From an uncultured delta proteobacterium (GTDB lineage Bacteria > Desulfobacterota > Syntrophia > Syntrophales > UBA2185), in assembly GCA_963729715.1 (NCBI GenBank), contig CAVSPA010000004.1:608001-672000 (forward strand): 64,000 nt of DNA, given 5' to 3'. Shown piece by piece: positions 54,693 through 64,000 of this stretch. How positions within the stretch are numbered: the first letter of the stretch is position 1; each line of letters opens with the position of its first letter. Made by a program: the position numbers and the translations under genes. The notes beneath the pieces were generated by a model. The model saw only the letters and a list, made by a program, of their open reading frames with translations, searched no databases and was not told where the DNA came from.

Positions 54693-56327
54693 ATGAATTA
54701 CGAAATAACCGATCATATTCTCTCCCATGTCCATAGAATAAGCACGCTTTTGACTGAACCATCTTCAGTCGAAAGGGTACTAAACGTTATCATGGAAACG
54801 GTAAAGAAGGACCTTTATTTCAACAGATGCTCCGTCTATCTTATAAACAAGGAGAACAAAAAACTCGAATGTAAATACATTACAGGATTTTCTCCTGAAA
54901 AAGAGAAATTCGTAATGCAAAGACCGTTTGATATGACTAAGCACGACTGCATCGAAACTAAGGTAATCCTTTGGGGTAAACCCATTCTCGTGAAGAACTT
55001 TTACTCCGATCCGGTTGTGACGGAACTGGACAAGAGAGTTACTAACAGAATGGGGCGTGGCTGCACGCTGTATGTACCATTGAAAATTAAGGGTGATATT
55101 ATAGGTATTTTGGGTGTGGACAAGAAACGCAATGAACCTGAAATCAACGAAAAGGAACTCGAATCACTTTCAATTCTCGCCAATTACGCGAGTATCATTA
55201 TTGAAAATTCGAGACTTGTAGAAGCATTGTTGAATGAGAAAAAATTTTCCGAAAATGTTTTAAAGAGTTCTGTTGATGGAATCCTGACAGTGGATGTTAT
55301 CGGCCGGATAACCTCAGTAAATCCGGCAGTAGAAAAAATGTTCGATATAAACAGACCGGATGCAATGAATAAATTTATAGGGGATATTTTCGAATCTTCT
55401 GAATGGAATGAAAGAATAAGCAAAACCCTCAAACAGCATATAAATATTAAAGGGTGGGAATATACCCTTACGAGGAGCAATAATCAGGACATCATACTTA
55501 GCACAAGCACCTCCCAAATCATGAATGAGGAAGGTGATCTTGTCGGTTTCATGTTTCTTATTCGGGACATAACGAATGAACGCAGAAGGGATGAGTATTT
55601 GCAGAGAATGACTCGGTTGATCTCGTTGGGAGAACTTGCGGCCGGTGTGGCACATGAAATCAGGAATCCTCTCACCGGAATCGGTGTGGTACTGGACATG
55701 CTCCGGAGTAAGAAGCGGCTATCTAAAGTTGACTGCGACTTGATAAATCAGGCCAACGACGAAATTGAAAGGCTGGAAAAGTTAATCGCTGATCTCCTCG
55801 TCTTTGCAAAGCCTAGGCAACTTAATTATGAGCCCGTCGAGATTAATGATATCTTGAAAAGTATTTCTTCCCTGATCAGCAAACAGTGCAATAAACAGAA
55901 TATTGAACTGACCGGCAAATTTTGTGATAAGCTGCCCATCGCTTATGTGGATCGAGAAAGAATAAGGCAAGGAATTCTAAACGTCGTTATAAACGCAATT
56001 CAGGCAATGCCGGAAGGCGGGCGTCTTACTGTTGAAACGAACGTTTATCGTCAGGAGAATGCACCTGTCAAAGGTCAATGCATCATGATTACCATCAGCG
56101 ATACCGGGACTGGTATATACACTGCATATAAAGATCGGATTTTCGACCCATTCTTCACCACTCACAGTGATGGAACCGGCCTGGGACTCTCCATTACTCA
56201 CAGTATCATAAAGGAACATAATGGATTGATACGGGTTGATTCTGAGGAAGGAAAGGGTACAAAGTTTACAATCTTGCTGCCACAGGATTGCCGAAAGATC
56301 TCTTCTGAGGATTTGTGTATTTTGTAA
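54693..56327 (+). CDS. GAF-PAS sensor histidine kinase (cytoplasmic, NtrB-like)
   Basis: GAF, PAS, H-box AHEIRNPL, N-box NAIQAM, DTGTG, FDPFFTT, GTGLGL; no TM segment seen. Confidence 0.93.
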   Translation: MNYEITDHILSHVHRISTLLTEPSSVERVLNVIMETVKKDLYFNRCSVYLINKENKKLECKYITGFSPEKEKFVMQRPFDMTKHDCIETKVILWGKPILVKNFYSDPVVTELDKRVTNRMGRGCTLYVPLKIKGDIIGILGVDKKRNEPEINEKELESLSILANYASIIIENSRLVEALLNEKKFSENVLKSSVDGILTVDVIGRITSVNPAVEKMFDINRPDAMNKFIGDIFESSEWNERISKTLKQHINIKGWEYTLTRSNNQDIILSTSTSQIMNEEGDLVGFMFLIRDITNERRRDEYLQRMTRLISLGELAAGVAHEIRNPLTGIGVVLDMLRSKKRLSKVDCDLINQANDEIERLEKLIADLLVFAKPRQLNYEPVEINDILKSISSLISKQCNKQNIELTGKFCDKLPIAYVDRERIRQGILNVVINAIQAMPEGGRLTVETNVYRQENAPVKGQCIMITISDTGTGIYTAYKDRIFDPFFTTHSDGTGLGLSITHSIIKEHNGLIRVDSEEGKGTKFTILLPQDCRKISSEDLCIL

Positions 56328-56336
56328 TGGGGGTGA

Positions 56337-57725
56337 ATGGTTTTGAACAGCGTTCTCATTGTTGATGACCAGAGCCTCATAAGGAGTTCATTAAGATCAG
56401 CACTTAGTAATGAAGGTTACAGAGTTCTTACTGCCGAAACCGGTAAAGAAGGTCTCTCTTTTTTTGAAAAAGAAAATATCGATCTTGTATTGCTGGATGT
56501 CAGACTTCCGGACGCCAATGGCATTGATGTCCTTGAGAAGATGAAAACGGTGAATGATGACGTCATCGTCATCATGATGACAGGATACGGTACAATCGAA
56601 AATGCTGTCACCGCAATGAAACTTGGTGCCTTTGACTACATCAGCAAGCCCTTCAAAACTAAACACATCTCAACCATAATAAAACTTGCACTGGAAACCC
56701 ATAAATTAAAAAGAGAGGTGGAGGATTTTAGGGATAGAACCAGGTCGCTGTATGAGACTGCTAGAATTATCGGCAAGAGTAAGGCTATTCTGAAGACGCT
56801 AGGCATGATCAAGAAAGTTGCCGAGATCGATTCGCCAACCGTACTTATCCAAGGCGAAAGCGGAACAGGAAAAGAACTGGCTGCAAAGGCTATTCACTAT
56901 AACAGTTCAAGGTCCGAAGGGCCTTTTGTCGAGATCAATTGCTCATCGATACCTTATACGCTATTGGAGAGCGAGTTGTTCGGCTATGAGCAGGGAGCAT
57001 TCACCGATGCGAAAAAAACGAAAAGAGGCCTTATTGAGCAGGCAAACGGCGGTACGTTATTTCTCGATGAGATCGGTGACATGGATGTTGCCATGCAGTC
57101 GAAGATTTTAAATGTGCTGCAGGAAAGAAAACTGAGAAGGTTAGGCGGGCATCAGACGATTCAAGTTAATGCCCGGATTGTCGCCGTAACGAATCACAAT
57201 CTTCGCGAGGATATTCGTCAAAATAAATTTAGAGAGGATCTTTTTTATAGGTTAAACGTCATCAATATTTACCTTCCCCCTCTGCGAGAACGCAGGGAAG
57301 ACATCAGTCTTCTCGCAAAATATTTTATTGATGAGTTCAATCAAAGCTACAGAAAAATCGTGAGGGGAATAGACGAAGAGGCTGTTCGCATTATGATGAG
57401 TTATTCGTGGCCGGGAAACGTGAGGGAACTGAGAAACACAATCGAGAGAATCATGATTATCGATAATCCTGGTTTGATCATGAGCAAGCACCTGCCCCGC
57501 GAAGTATTGGAGGAGAGGGGTGTAAACCCGCACTTTACCCCGATTGTGGATATTGAGATCCCCGAAGACGGGCTGGATATCAATAAATTCACGTTTACAG
57601 TCAAAAAGCAACTCGTAAAGAAAACCCTTCTCAAGGCAGGAGGAAACAAATCAAAGGCAGCAAGGCTCCTGAACCTAGATCGTTTTTCTTTACGGTATTT
57701 AATGAAGAAAATGGATCTTTCATAA
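56337..57725 (+). CDS. Sigma54-dependent response regulator (NtrC/AtoC-like)
   Basis: Receiver DD/D/K, GESGTGKE, GAFTDA, LFLDEIG, WPGNVREL, Fis-type HTH. Confidence 0.95.
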   Translation: MVLNSVLIVDDQSLIRSSLRSALSNEGYRVLTAETGKEGLSFFEKENIDLVLLDVRLPDANGIDVLEKMKTVNDDVIVIMMTGYGTIENAVTAMKLGAFDYISKPFKTKHISTIIKLALETHKLKREVEDFRDRTRSLYETARIIGKSKAILKTLGMIKKVAEIDSPTVLIQGESGTGKELAAKAIHYNSSRSEGPFVEINCSSIPYTLLESELFGYEQGAFTDAKKTKRGLIEQANGGTLFLDEIGDMDVAMQSKILNVLQERKLRRLGGHQTIQVNARIVAVTNHNLREDIRQNKFREDLFYRLNVINIYLPPLRERREDISLLAKYFIDEFNQSYRKIVRGIDEEAVRIMMSYSWPGNVRELRNTIERIMIIDNPGLIMSKHLPREVLEERGVNPHFTPIVDIEIPEDGLDINKFTFTVKKQLVKKTLLKAGGNKSKAARLLNLDRFSLRYLMKKMDLS

Positions 57726-57747
57726 ACTTTCGTCATATTACCTCAAT

Positions 57748-57889
57748 TGTGAAATATTTTCACCTTGCCTGTGATCTTTTTCCACATTTATTTATTAGCC
57801 TTTAATAATTGGGATTCTCTTTCTTAAATGCTCATTTGAGATCAGCATGATCATCTATTTGAATTCTATATTCGTGGAATATCTTCACA
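57748..57889. promoter_or_regulatory. Three related 17-bp palindromes, candidate enhancer (UAS) sites
   Basis: TGTGAAATATTTTCACC (57748), TGTGATCTTTTTCCACA (57770), CGTGGAATATCTTCACA (57873). Confidence 0.65.
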
Positions 57890-57985
57890 TTTTCCTCTCC
57901 ATGGTCTTGGTTTATTATCTCGGATATTATTCTAACTGATTAATATTAAAAAACGTTTTTGAGTTTCACCGCAAGAGCATCTTAT

Positions 57986-58001
57986 TGGCATTCTCTGTGC
58001 A
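57986..58001 (+). promoter_or_regulatory. Sigma54 -24/-12 promoter
   Basis: TGGCATTCTCTGTGCA, GG-N10-GC, 45 bp before the mutase start and downstream of a bEBP gene. Confidence 0.8.
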
Positions 58002-58046
58002 ATCTGTCGTTGGCGTAAAACCTAATATGCAAAGGAGGACAGTAAG

Positions 58047-59732
58047 GTGACTACCGCTCTATTTAATAACGATGAAGTGGAAAAAATCGGGAAAGCTGGT
58101 GCGGCGTGGATTGACGAAGTTTATTCCTGCCATAAGGAGCTCAAGAAGAAATTTGAGACCTTATCAGGTTTTGAAGTGAAGCCCCTTTATACACCGAAAG
58201 ATCTGTACAACTTGGATTACATTCGTGATCTCGGTTTTCCGGGAGGGGATCCGTATGTTCGAGGGGTCCATCCCACAATGTACAGAGGCCGTACTTGGAC
58301 ACACCGGCAATTGGCCGGTTTCGGGCCGCCGGAAGAAACGAATAAACGGTATAAGTTCCTCCTTCAACAGGGTGCAACAGGGATAAACGGTGTTTTCGAT
58401 TACCCGACTTTGCGGGGCTACAACAGTGATGACCCCGATGTTTATGCTGATGTAGGGCGTGGAGGCGTCTCAATCGATTCCATTGAAGATATGCGCATAC
58501 TTTTCGAGGGCATTCCCATTGATGAAGTCAGCGTTTCTCTCGTAACATGCCAACCCATCTGCAACATATCAATCCAATCGATGTATTTTGCAAATGCCCA
58601 GAACAGAGGGGTGCCACTGAACAAACTGGCGGGAACAAGTCAGAATGATTTTCTGATGGAAACAGCTATCACCATCGCTCCCGGCGTTACGCCCCCAAAG
58701 GTCTCCTTCAGGCTGAGTTGCGACGCCATTGAATTCTGCACGAAATACGTACCGCGATGGAATCCTATAAGCTTCTCGGGATACAACTACCGCGAGGCAG
58801 GATGCACGGCCCCTCAGGAAATCGCCTTTATGATTGCCAATGCCGTTGCTTGCTCGGAGGAGTTGATTAGACGGGGACACGATATTGACGTATTTGCGCC
58901 ACGGTTGAGCTTTTTCCTCTCCGCCCACAACGACTTCTTTGAGGAAATCGCTAAGTATCGTGCTGCACGGCGTATCTACTGCAAAATCATGAAGGAACGT
59001 TTCTCTCCGAAAGATCCCCGCTCCCTGATGTTCAGGTTTCACGTCCAAACAGCTGGAGTGGCGCTGACAGCCCAGCAGCCCTTGAATAACATTGCCCGCG
59101 CCTCTTATCATGCCCTTGCGGCGGTTTTGGGCGGAGCACAGTCCGTCCATGTCGACGCCTATGATGAAGCACTGTGCGTGCCGACAGAGCTGTCCTCTCT
59201 CACGGCTTTGAGGACCCAGCAGATCCTGCAGTCTGAGACCGGTGTGACCAATGTGGTGGATCCCTTAGGAGGCTCCTATTTCCTGGAATCTTTGACCCGT
59301 CAAATGGAAGAAAGTATAGCCAGCATTCTGGCTGACATTGATTCGATGGGAGGTATTGTCAAATCCGTAGAGAAAGGGTGGATTCACGATGAAATATCAG
59401 CGGCCGCTTTTCAATATCAATCGAAAGTCGAGTCCGGAGAAATGCCCATCGTCGGTGTAAATTGTTTTCAGATAGAGAATGAAAAACTTCCGATCAAGCT
59501 CTTTCGCTTGCCGAAGACGCTTAAGATACAGGAAGCTAAACTCAAAAGGATCAGAAGAAAGAGAGATTCCCTGCAGGTGCAGAAGACGTTGGATGCGGTT
59601 ACCCGCGGATGTGAAGAGGGACTAAACCTTATGGAACTGCTCGTGGAGGGAGTAAAGGTTTATGTGACAGAGGGAGAAATATCACAAGCCTTGAGAAAAG
59701 TCTACGGGGTTTGGAATCCTCCCCTGTTTTAA
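58047..59732 (+). CDS. B12-dependent acyl-CoA mutase, large (substrate-binding) subunit, atypical
   Basis: PYVRGVHPTMYRGRTW, RQLAGFG, FEEIAKYRAARR, LTAQQPLNNIAR, LGGAQS, DEAL, DPLGGSY; GTG start after AAGGAGG. Confidence 0.93.
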   Translation: MTTALFNNDEVEKIGKAGAAWIDEVYSCHKELKKKFETLSGFEVKPLYTPKDLYNLDYIRDLGFPGGDPYVRGVHPTMYRGRTWTHRQLAGFGPPEETNKRYKFLLQQGATGINGVFDYPTLRGYNSDDPDVYADVGRGGVSIDSIEDMRILFEGIPIDEVSVSLVTCQPICNISIQSMYFANAQNRGVPLNKLAGTSQNDFLMETAITIAPGVTPPKVSFRLSCDAIEFCTKYVPRWNPISFSGYNYREAGCTAPQEIAFMIANAVACSEELIRRGHDIDVFAPRLSFFLSAHNDFFEEIAKYRAARRIYCKIMKERFSPKDPRSLMFRFHVQTAGVALTAQQPLNNIARASYHALAAVLGGAQSVHVDAYDEALCVPTELSSLTALRTQQILQSETGVTNVVDPLGGSYFLESLTRQMEESIASILADIDSMGGIVKSVEKGWIHDEISAAAFQYQSKVESGEMPIVGVNCFQIENEKLPIKLFRLPKTLKIQEAKLKRIRRKRDSLQVQKTLDAVTRGCEEGLNLMELLVEGVKVYVTEGEISQALRKVYGVWNPPLF

Positions 59733-59990
59733 GGGAACGGCATATTACAAAAATATCTTCGGTTAATTGAAATGCCGAAAATCTACTAAAACAAACTAAA
59801 GGAATGCATTGCATGGCACGGGTTTGGTCTTTGTTTGTTGCCGGTTGGATTGGGATTTCTTTGGTTGCAGCTATAACCATAAATTCGACTTTCGGCAAAC
59901 CGATCCGACCGCCAACGAGGCTATTTATATCATAATCAAAATCTAATATCTTTTTTAATTTCAGAATCAAACTTGAAAGGAGAATAAGAA

Positions 59991-60386
59991 ATGCGAAAAT
60001 GTCGAATGCTGATGGCGCGTCTGGGGATGGATGCCCACTGGCGGGGAAGCATCGTCGTCGCACGCGCACTTCGCGATGCAGGAATAGAAGTGATTTATGT
60101 CGGTAACCAGATGCCGCCGAACATTGTAAAGACGGCAATACAGGAAGATGTCGATTTCATCGGCCTGAGTTCTCTATCTGGAAACCATCTCGAGCTTGCG
60201 CCCAAGGTCATCAAACTGCTGCGAGAGGAGAATTGCGGCGACATCAAGGTAGTCTTCGGCGGGACCGTAGCTCCCGAAGACATTCCAGCGCTGAAGAAGG
60301 CAGGCATTGCCGAAGTTTTTGGCCCCGGAACACCCCTGAAGAAGATCGTCGAATACATATCCGCTGCAGCGACAGATCTAAGTTAG
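59991..60386 (+). CDS. Acyl-CoA mutase small cobalamin-binding subunit
   Basis: GMDAHWRG (DxHxxG), IGLSSLSGNH, GG, FGPGT. Confidence 0.93.
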   Translation: MRKCRMLMARLGMDAHWRGSIVVARALRDAGIEVIYVGNQMPPNIVKTAIQEDVDFIGLSSLSGNHLELAPKVIKLLREENCGDIKVVFGGTVAPEDIPALKKAGIAEVFGPGTPLKKIVEYISAAATDLS

Positions 60387-60466
60387 TCCTGAAAGGGACA
60401 GGTTTAGAAACTAAGGCCTACATGTTTAAAAAGACTCAGTAAAAATGTCTTAGGAGAAGAATAACC

Positions 60467-61522
60467 ATGAACGGACGACATATAAAAGCCAAGAAGGCCG
60501 AGATTTTATCATTGGAAGAGGCCGTCAAAAAATACATGCACGATGGTATTATGATGTGTACAGGTGGATTCACAGCAATGAACCGGAATCCTGTTGCCTG
60601 GGTTTGGGAAACCATAAGACACGGGCTTAAAGATATCCATAATATTGATCCTCATGGTTGTCTGACATCTTGGATGCTGAATGCAGCCGACGCGATGGCT
60701 ATTCATGAATCGAGTTGGACCGGCTGGGGCGAGATGGCGGGAAAACTCGACATTCAGTCAGGCAATCGATATAAGCAAGGGAAGTTGATCCTGGAAGAAT
60801 ACGCGCATGGAGCCATGGCTTTACGATTCCTGGCGGGTGCAGTAGGCAGCCCCTTCATGCCATATTTTGCACCCCCCGGGTCCGACCTCTACAACCCTGA
60901 TTATGATGCCCTCGGAAAGGCTGGTCTTCGTAATGGTAAAAACCCGAGGATAGCTGATAAAAAGTTCGTCCCCATCGAGGACCCATTTTTCAAAGAAGGC
61001 ACCGTCTATCTTCTGCCGGCCATCAGACCGGAGCTTGCCGTCATTCATGTGTCCCAAGCCGGTGAAAAAGGGACAGCAAGATGGAGAGGCATCAGTACGC
61101 TGGACAAAGAGATGGCCTTTGCAAGTGACAAAGTGGTTCTCACTTGTGAGGAAATCATTTCAGAGGCTGAGCTGCGGCGCCTGCCGGAATCCAATCAGAT
61201 CCCCTATTTTGTCGTAGATTGTATTGTACAGATTCCTTACGGGGCCTACCCGAGTGGTACGCCTTATTTTTATGACTACGACGCACAGTTCATTCGGGCC
61301 ATGGATCAGGCCTCTCGAAACTCGCAGGATCTAAAACAATGGTTAAATGAATGGGTATTTGAACCGGCGTCCTGGGATGCTTTTTTAGACAAGGTGGGCA
61401 CGAAAAGATTACTCGATCTTAAAGCGGACAGTGTGCTGGGTTATAGCCAAAAGCTGGTAAGGGGCAAGAAACCTTCACCGATGATGAGAATGCCCTTATC
61501 CGTGATGAAAAGTGGTTTTTAA
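60467..61522 (+). CDS. Class I CoA-transferase alpha subunit (GctA-like)
   Basis: LEEAVKKY, GGF..NRNP, RFLAGAVGSPFMP, GSDL, PAIRPELAVIH, PYGAYPS. Confidence 0.85.
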   Translation: MNGRHIKAKKAEILSLEEAVKKYMHDGIMMCTGGFTAMNRNPVAWVWETIRHGLKDIHNIDPHGCLTSWMLNAADAMAIHESSWTGWGEMAGKLDIQSGNRYKQGKLILEEYAHGAMALRFLAGAVGSPFMPYFAPPGSDLYNPDYDALGKAGLRNGKNPRIADKKFVPIEDPFFKEGTVYLLPAIRPELAVIHVSQAGEKGTARWRGISTLDKEMAFASDKVVLTCEEIISEAELRRLPESNQIPYFVVDCIVQIPYGAYPSGTPYFYDYDAQFIRAMDQASRNSQDLKQWLNEWVFEPASWDAFLDKVGTKRLLDLKADSVLGYSQKLVRGKKPSPMMRMPLSVMKSGF

Positions 61523-61539
61523 CTTTTTAAGGGGGAAAA

Positions 61540-62439
61540 ATGTCAAGTAAATCTATTGAAGAACTAGTCGCCATATTGGAAATAATTCCGGATGAACCAG
61601 CAAAGATCGGCGAATTCGCTTTGCCCGAGTTAATGGCCATTGCATGCTCACATGAGGTCAAGGACAGCGATATCGTTTTTGCCGGCACGGGTCTCCCTAT
61701 GGTCGGCATCATGACAGCAAACCTGCTTCATGCCCCCCATGCGGCTCTGATTTATGAAGCTGGGATATGTGACGGAAAGACCATGCATACCCCTATGAGT
61801 GTTTGCGATGGCAGAGCGAGTTATATGGCATCCACCCTGGGAGGATTAGTAGATACTTTCGCTTATTATCTTCAGCGGGGTTACGTATCGCTTGGGTTCC
61901 TCGGAGGAGCAGCCATCGATCAATTCGGGGGGGTCAACGTCACCTGTATTGGTGATAATTATTTCAAACCAGATAATCGCCTAACGGGGAGCGGCGGCAA
62001 CTCAGACATTGGGACCATGGCAAAAAGGACCGTCTTCATTATGCTTCAGGAAAAGAGAAGATTCGTCGAAAGAAATGAATACACAACTACGCCGGGCTGG
62101 TGGTGCTGGGATTGGAAAAAAAGAGAATGGAAGCCCAAGAGAGAAGCTTTAAAAAATAGCCCCTTTGCAGATTGTGGACCTGAGGCCGTTGTTACGAACA
62201 TGGGCATATTCAGGTTTGATGAAAAGGGCATTATGTACTTGGAGTCCTATCATCCCGGTGTGACTGTTGAAAAAATTGCAAATAATTGTAATTTCGGTCT
62301 CAACATTTCCAGGGTGAAAGGAGAAACGCGTTATCCGACTTACAGAGAATTATTTGTACTCAGGGAATTTGTTGATCCTGAATTAATCTTTATGTCTGAG
62401 AGGCCGGAATACCCCGAAGACATAAGAAACTTGCTCTAA
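61540..62439 (+). CDS. Class I CoA-transferase beta subunit (GctB-like)
   Basis: VFAGTGLP, LIYEAG (candidate catalytic Glu), GFLGGAAIDQFG, LTGSGG. Confidence 0.87.
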   Translation: MSSKSIEELVAILEIIPDEPAKIGEFALPELMAIACSHEVKDSDIVFAGTGLPMVGIMTANLLHAPHAALIYEAGICDGKTMHTPMSVCDGRASYMASTLGGLVDTFAYYLQRGYVSLGFLGGAAIDQFGGVNVTCIGDNYFKPDNRLTGSGGNSDIGTMAKRTVFIMLQEKRRFVERNEYTTTPGWWCWDWKKREWKPKREALKNSPFADCGPEAVVTNMGIFRFDEKGIMYLESYHPGVTVEKIANNCNFGLNISRVKGETRYPTYRELFVLREFVDPELIFMSERPEYPEDIRNLL

Positions 62440-62571
62440 CGTCTAACATAGCGTGAAGTTGGTGACGCCGAATCCCGGGTGCAACCGGAGATTGCCTTTT
62501 ACGTCCCTCTGATAAATAGATAACTCAATTTTCTTGCACACTGAAGTGTGTTCATATAGTTGATGATTGCC

Positions 62572-62769
62572 AGTAAACTACCACCGACCTTGTCGGTGGC
62601 CTTCAAAATGCGGCAAGCCTACGGACAATGTCCTTCGCCTTGCCTGCTAAGGGTTGAAACGGCTATTCTAAAATATTGTTCACCAACATTGTTGGTTCAC
62701 TTAAGGTGTGGGGCCTCCGCCCCCACACCCCACCACTGACAATGTCAGTGATTTTGACAGATAAATAAA
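62572..62769 (-). mobile_element. 198-bp hairpin-rich non-coding element, copy 2
   Basis: Same orientation as and 196/198 identical to 27226-27423; unrelated flanks. Confidence 0.7.
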
Positions 62770-63136
62770 CGGTCTCAAAGGGTGTTTCATAATTCAAACC
62801 ACAGTCTGCTTGCCCTTTAATCATCTTCAGAAACCGTGAACGGAAAGTATCTCTCAGCAGGGCACGTTTAACCGGCGACAACCTTAGAAAAGCGTCAATA
62901 AGCGCCGCCCTTTCTGCCCCTCTTGCCATCAGAAGCGAGTGGTAGAATTTAGGGAGTGACTATTACATGTTTCCATCGGTAATGCGCAAAATTTAAACTT
63001 TTTGACTCTATTTGTTAGGTGTTAGCAACAAGTGTTGCAAGAATTATTTCACGAATACCGATTATCTTTAAGATAATGGTAATACTCTTAAAAATACCGA
63101 ATTTTGACCATAATTATTAAGTATACCTACAAGTAT

Positions 63137-63667
63137 TTATACAGATACATTTCTGCAAAAGGAACATAGCCTATCGTCGCAGCAAATAATAGATTCAATT
63201 GATTTGCTAAATTTAGGTTGCCAAATTGCCCTAAGCTCTCCTTGCTTTTCAAATTTGGTTTCCTTTATCATTGCTGGGTGACGTCCCCAATCTTGTCCGT
63301 TCCAATCTTCTTTCCGGTTTTGATACACTACTTCGTAAATACCTTGAAAAGAAACGGGAACTATTGAATTGAGGGCATATGTTAAGATCTCATAAAAAGG
63401 TTCAATCTCTACAATCTCAACACATGAATCCGCATTCTCAAATTGATTCATCGTTTCCCGTGAGCATATTTTTGATGTGCACAGAATAAAGCAATCAGGT
63501 GCCTCAAAGTGTCGGCCAAAGGTAACATTTACGAACGTGGTGTTTTTCGCACCATCACCGAACTCAATTGCACGAAATGCTCCCATTGCCCTCATCGAAG
63601 AATAACGATACATTCGTCTTTCCATTTGACTATGTTTGCTGACCACTGGGAGAGACAGATGACCCAT
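63137..63667 (-). CDS. Hypothetical low-GC protein, possibly 5'-truncated
   Basis: Open frame with FILCTS...K...F..QGELRAIW; the N-terminus looks spurious. Confidence 0.5.
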   Translation of the reverse strand: MGHLSLPVVSKHSQMERRMYRYSSMRAMGAFRAIEFGDGAKNTTFVNVTFGRHFEAPDCFILCTSKICSRETMNQFENADSCVEIVEIEPFYEILTYALNSIVPVSFQGIYEVVYQNRKEDWNGQDWGRHPAMIKETKFEKQGELRAIWQPKFSKSIESIICCDDRLCSFCRNVSV

Positions 63668-63711
63668 ACGTGGGCGGCAGGAAGCTTAAACGAATGTTGG
63701 TCTCATCTTCT

Positions 63712-64000
63712 TTAAATGGAAGCAGCAAAAGCACAAGCTTTGTAAAATCTCTTGTGCCTAATATTCAGCAGTGTACCGTCCTCCATGTTTTTCAGGAGAG
63801 CGTATTTTTCAACTAGTGGTTTGAATTTCTCCCGGCCATAAATGCTGAGACAATTATAGAAAAGTAAGTTGAGTTCACTACTGGATAATTGGGCTCTAAC
63901 CAGATTAGTATAAAATTTTTTATCAGGGATTTCGCTGGTTTCTATGAATTTAACGATGTTGTATAAATTACGAAAATAATGCCCGAGGTACGACTGATAA
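63712..64000 (-). CDS. Putative phage abortive infection protein (putAbiC-like), C-terminal part
   Basis: Hand translation LGHYFRNLYNIVKFI...KKFYTNLVRAQLSSSELNLLFYNCLS..G.EKFKPLVEKYALLKNM; start lies beyond the window. Confidence 0.78.
   Translation of the reverse strand, partial: YQSYLGHYFRNLYNIVKFIETSEIPDKKFYTNLVRAQLSSSELNLLFYNCLSIYGREKFKPLVEKYALLKNMEDGTLLNIRHKRFYKACAFAASI

Noticed and set aside
62663..62929. 88-aa minus-strand ORF overlapping the 198-bp element
   Set aside because: Half of it is repeat sequence; the other copy has no equivalent start; no recognisable domain.
62860..63030. attC-like pair (ACCTAAC and GTTAAAC on the minus strand)
   Set aside because: The two boxes are not complementary and no intervening stem is evident.

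Overview
A mosaic accessory region of a bacterial chromosome. Gene content (acyl-CoA mutase, CoA-transferases, HDOD/PilZ/GGDEF proteins, NtrC-type system, rubrerythrin remnant) suggests an anaerobic Desulfobacterota, possibly Syntrophales-like; this is inference only. The left half holds galE, a MarR-EmrAB-TolC efflux operon, a DASS transporter with a tartrate/D-malate dehydrogenase-like enzyme, HU, an orphan malonate decarboxylase alpha subunit with a sodium:solute symporter, c-di-GMP genes and a DEAD-box helicase. The right half is IS-rich: an intact IS21, an IS256 nested in an IS110, and two further IS110-family copies. Main highlights: (1) a fluoride riboswitch with a terminator/anti-SD platform directly upstream of a dynamin-like GTPase; (2) an IS110 element whose non-coding end shows a readable bridge-RNA layout with four guide segments matching its own donor junction and insertion site; (3) a sigma54-controlled B12 acyl-CoA mutase/CoA-transferase operon with non-canonical active-site residues; (4) two near-identical 198-bp hairpin-rich elements resembling non-autonomous IS200/IS605 derivatives. 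Several genes absent from the ORF track were read by hand (DUF1460, a 46-aa membrane peptide, a rubrerythrin C-terminal remnant, a putative abortive-infection gene). No tRNA, rRNA or CRISPR array was found. Family calls come from motif recognition, not database searches.
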